The translations under genes were made by a program, and so were the position numbers. A stretch of DNA of 64,000 nucleotides from an uncultured Bacteroidales bacterium (lineage in GTDB: Bacteria > Bacteroidota > Bacteroidia > Bacteroidales > UBA3824): the NCBI GenBank assembly GCA_937877455.1, contig CALFIU010000044.1, forward strand, positions 6,641-70,640, in the 5' to 3' direction. The notes beneath the pieces are model-generated. The model made no database searches, was not told the DNA's origin, and saw only the letters and a list, made by a program, of their open reading frames with translations. How positions within the stretch are numbered: the first letter of the stretch is position 1; every line of letters starts with the position of its first letter. Positions 62,648-64,000 of the stretch are shown here, one piece after another.

Positions 62648-64000
62648 TTATAATTTATTGGATTCCAATATTTTATGTGCTATAAAAAAATTAGGAATAC
62701 CATAACCATAATTACCGTCAGGTTTGTCGTATTTGTCGCCTGCTGCTTTTACTGCATTTATTATGTCCATTGGGGCAGCATTAGGATGTGCTTGCATAAG
62801 ACATAAAACTGCACCAGCAAGTATTGGACCCGAAAAAGATGTTCCGCTTGCTGTGGTGGCGTGTCCCGATGCGCCCTCAACGGTGGAGTATAAACCACGT
62901 GCGCATACGTCTGGTTTTACTCTTTGGTCGTATGTTGGTCCACGTGAACTAAAATATGCTATTTTTCTTTCTTTATTAACAGCTCCAACTGCTAATATGC
63001 TATCTGCATCAGCGGGGGACGATACGTATTTCCAAGGTTCATCGCCTTCGTTTCCTGCACTTACGGTAACAACTATACCTTTTGATGCTGCAATATCGGC
63101 TGCTATTGTGCTTATGGCTGTGTTGCCATCTATGTTTTTGTAAACGTAAGTTTTGGTTGTATCGTCAAATTTGGTGTAACCCAATGAACTATGGATTAGG
63201 TCAACGCCAAGGCTGTCGGCTTTTTCGGCGGCAAAAGCCCAGTTAAACTCTTCAATTATGTTTTCGGTTGCTCCGTCTTCTGTTCTGAATAGATAAAAAG
63301 ATGCTTCGGGAGCTGTTCCAACAAATTCGTCGGGAATGTTGGCCACAATACACGATAAAGCGTTCATTCCATGGGTGTCGCTACCAAAAACTGTTGTGTC
63401 GCGGTCAACAAAGTCGTATGCTCCAAGAAAATGTCCGTTTTCAAAGGCTGTTTTAAATGCTGGTAATTGGTCTGCATGATAAAATCCAGCATCGAGTAGG
63501 GCAGCCACAACACCTTGACCTTGAAATCCTTCGTTGTGAAGTGCTTGTATATTGAGCATGGTGTTTTGATTGGATGCTTTGCCGTATTTTAAATTGGGTT
63601 TAATATCAACGGGTACACCTTTTATTTTTAGTTTTGGACGTGTAATTTTTTCGTTTGTTGATTTTGGTTTTTCTATATCGGGTCTCCAATTGTAGTTAAA
63701 GTCAACAAAATCGACATTTTTTAGTTCCATTATTTTTGCGCTGTCGCAGATAACAACGGCGCAGTTGAGCCATTTTGAAACTCCATGTATTTCGTATCCC
63801 ATTGCTTTTAGAGAGTCGATATAGAGTTTGCTAACGGGCAAATCAAGACTATTGATTTCTATTGAATATTTTTTGCGTCTATCGAGTGCTTTTTGCGACA
63901 AAAATTCTTCTGGTTGGCTTAATGAATATCCCGAACCAATTTTGTCTGTAAATTTCACTGCGTATTTTCCTTGATATACTTGAAATTGTGCGCTTGCAGT
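62648..64000 (-). CDS. S8 (subtilisin-like) serine peptidase; N-terminus lies beyond the window end
   Basis: Catalytic triad contexts VAALLDAGF (Asp), SDTHGMNALS (His) and ASGTSFSGP (Ser). The frame stays open upstream of the track's GTG start (..TASAQFQVYQGKYAVKFTDK), so the gene continues past 64000. Confidence 0.82.
   Translation of the reverse strand, partial: TASAQFQVYQGKYAVKFTDKIGSGYSLSQPEEFLSQKALDRRKKYSIEINSLDLPVSKLYIDSLKAMGYEIHGVSKWLNCAVVICDSAKIMELKNVDFVDFNYNWRPDIEKPKSTNEKITRPKLKIKGVPVDIKPNLKYGKASNQNTMLNIQALHNEGFQGQGVVAALLDAGFYHADQLPAFKTAFENGHFLGAYDFVDRDTTVFGSDTHGMNALSCIVANIPDEFVGTAPEASFYLFRTEDGATENIIEEFNWAFAAEKADSLGVDLIHSSLGYTKFDDTTKTYVYKNIDGNTAISTIAADIAASKGIVVTVSAGNEGDEPWKYVSSPADADSILAVGAVNKERKIAYFSSRGPTYDQRVKPDVCARGLYSTVEGASGHATTASGTSFSGPILAGAVLCLMQAHPNAAPMDIINAVKAAGDKYDKPDGNYGYGIPNFFIAHKILESNKL

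Noticed and set aside
62936-62951. parS-like sequence tggtcCACGTGaacta inside the S8 peptidase gene
   Set aside because: It matches the TGTTNCACGTGNAACA consensus at only about 13 of 16 positions, with an asymmetric right arm. It is intragenic and 10 kb from parAB. I found no better parS candidate in the window, so I make no parS call.
1-64000. Search for rRNA, tRNA, transposase/integrase genes, multi-repeat CRISPR arrays and prophage genes
   Set aside because: None was recognised. The intergenic regions are short and A/T-rich with no cloverleaf-capable GC-rich segments. The only CRISPR-type repeat occurs once.

Overview
This is a 64-kb chromosomal segment of a low-GC, Bacteroidota-type genome. 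Many genes sit behind the Bacteroidetes -33 TTTG / -7 TAnnTTTG promoter pattern, lipoproteins are frequent, and the DUF5683-parB-parA arrangement is present. I count about 50 tightly packed protein genes, mostly on the minus strand, and no rRNA, tRNA, transposase or integrase. Core content: dnaA, recR, xseA, secA, parA/parB, lepB, folC, panB, bioD, pta-ackA, two FKBP isomerases, a wza/wzc-type polysaccharide export pair, an MBOAT + two SGNH + MltD-like cluster, and three SpoIIE/PP2C sensor phosphatases. Four items stand out. (1) At 35.3-35.7 kb there is a collapsed type II-C CRISPR-Cas locus: an apparently intact tracrRNA gene, the first ~55 codons of cas9 and one solitary repeat. (2) At 4.6-5.65 kb a ParM-like actin-fold protein has its phosphate-1 hairpin at the C-terminus (apparent circular permutation). 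It is divergently paired with a 904-aa membrane-tethered nuclease-like/TPR/WD40 protein. (3) At 6.4-8.5 kb a very AT-rich, translationally coupled gene pair resembles the SWIM-protein/DUF5691 half of MoxR-VWA systems, but lacks the ATPase, VWA and zinc-finger parts. (4) An exporter-fold ABC heterodimer operon with a large surface lipoprotein lies next to the CRISPR scar. All calls rest on motif recognition by eye and remembered family signatures; no database search or computation was run.
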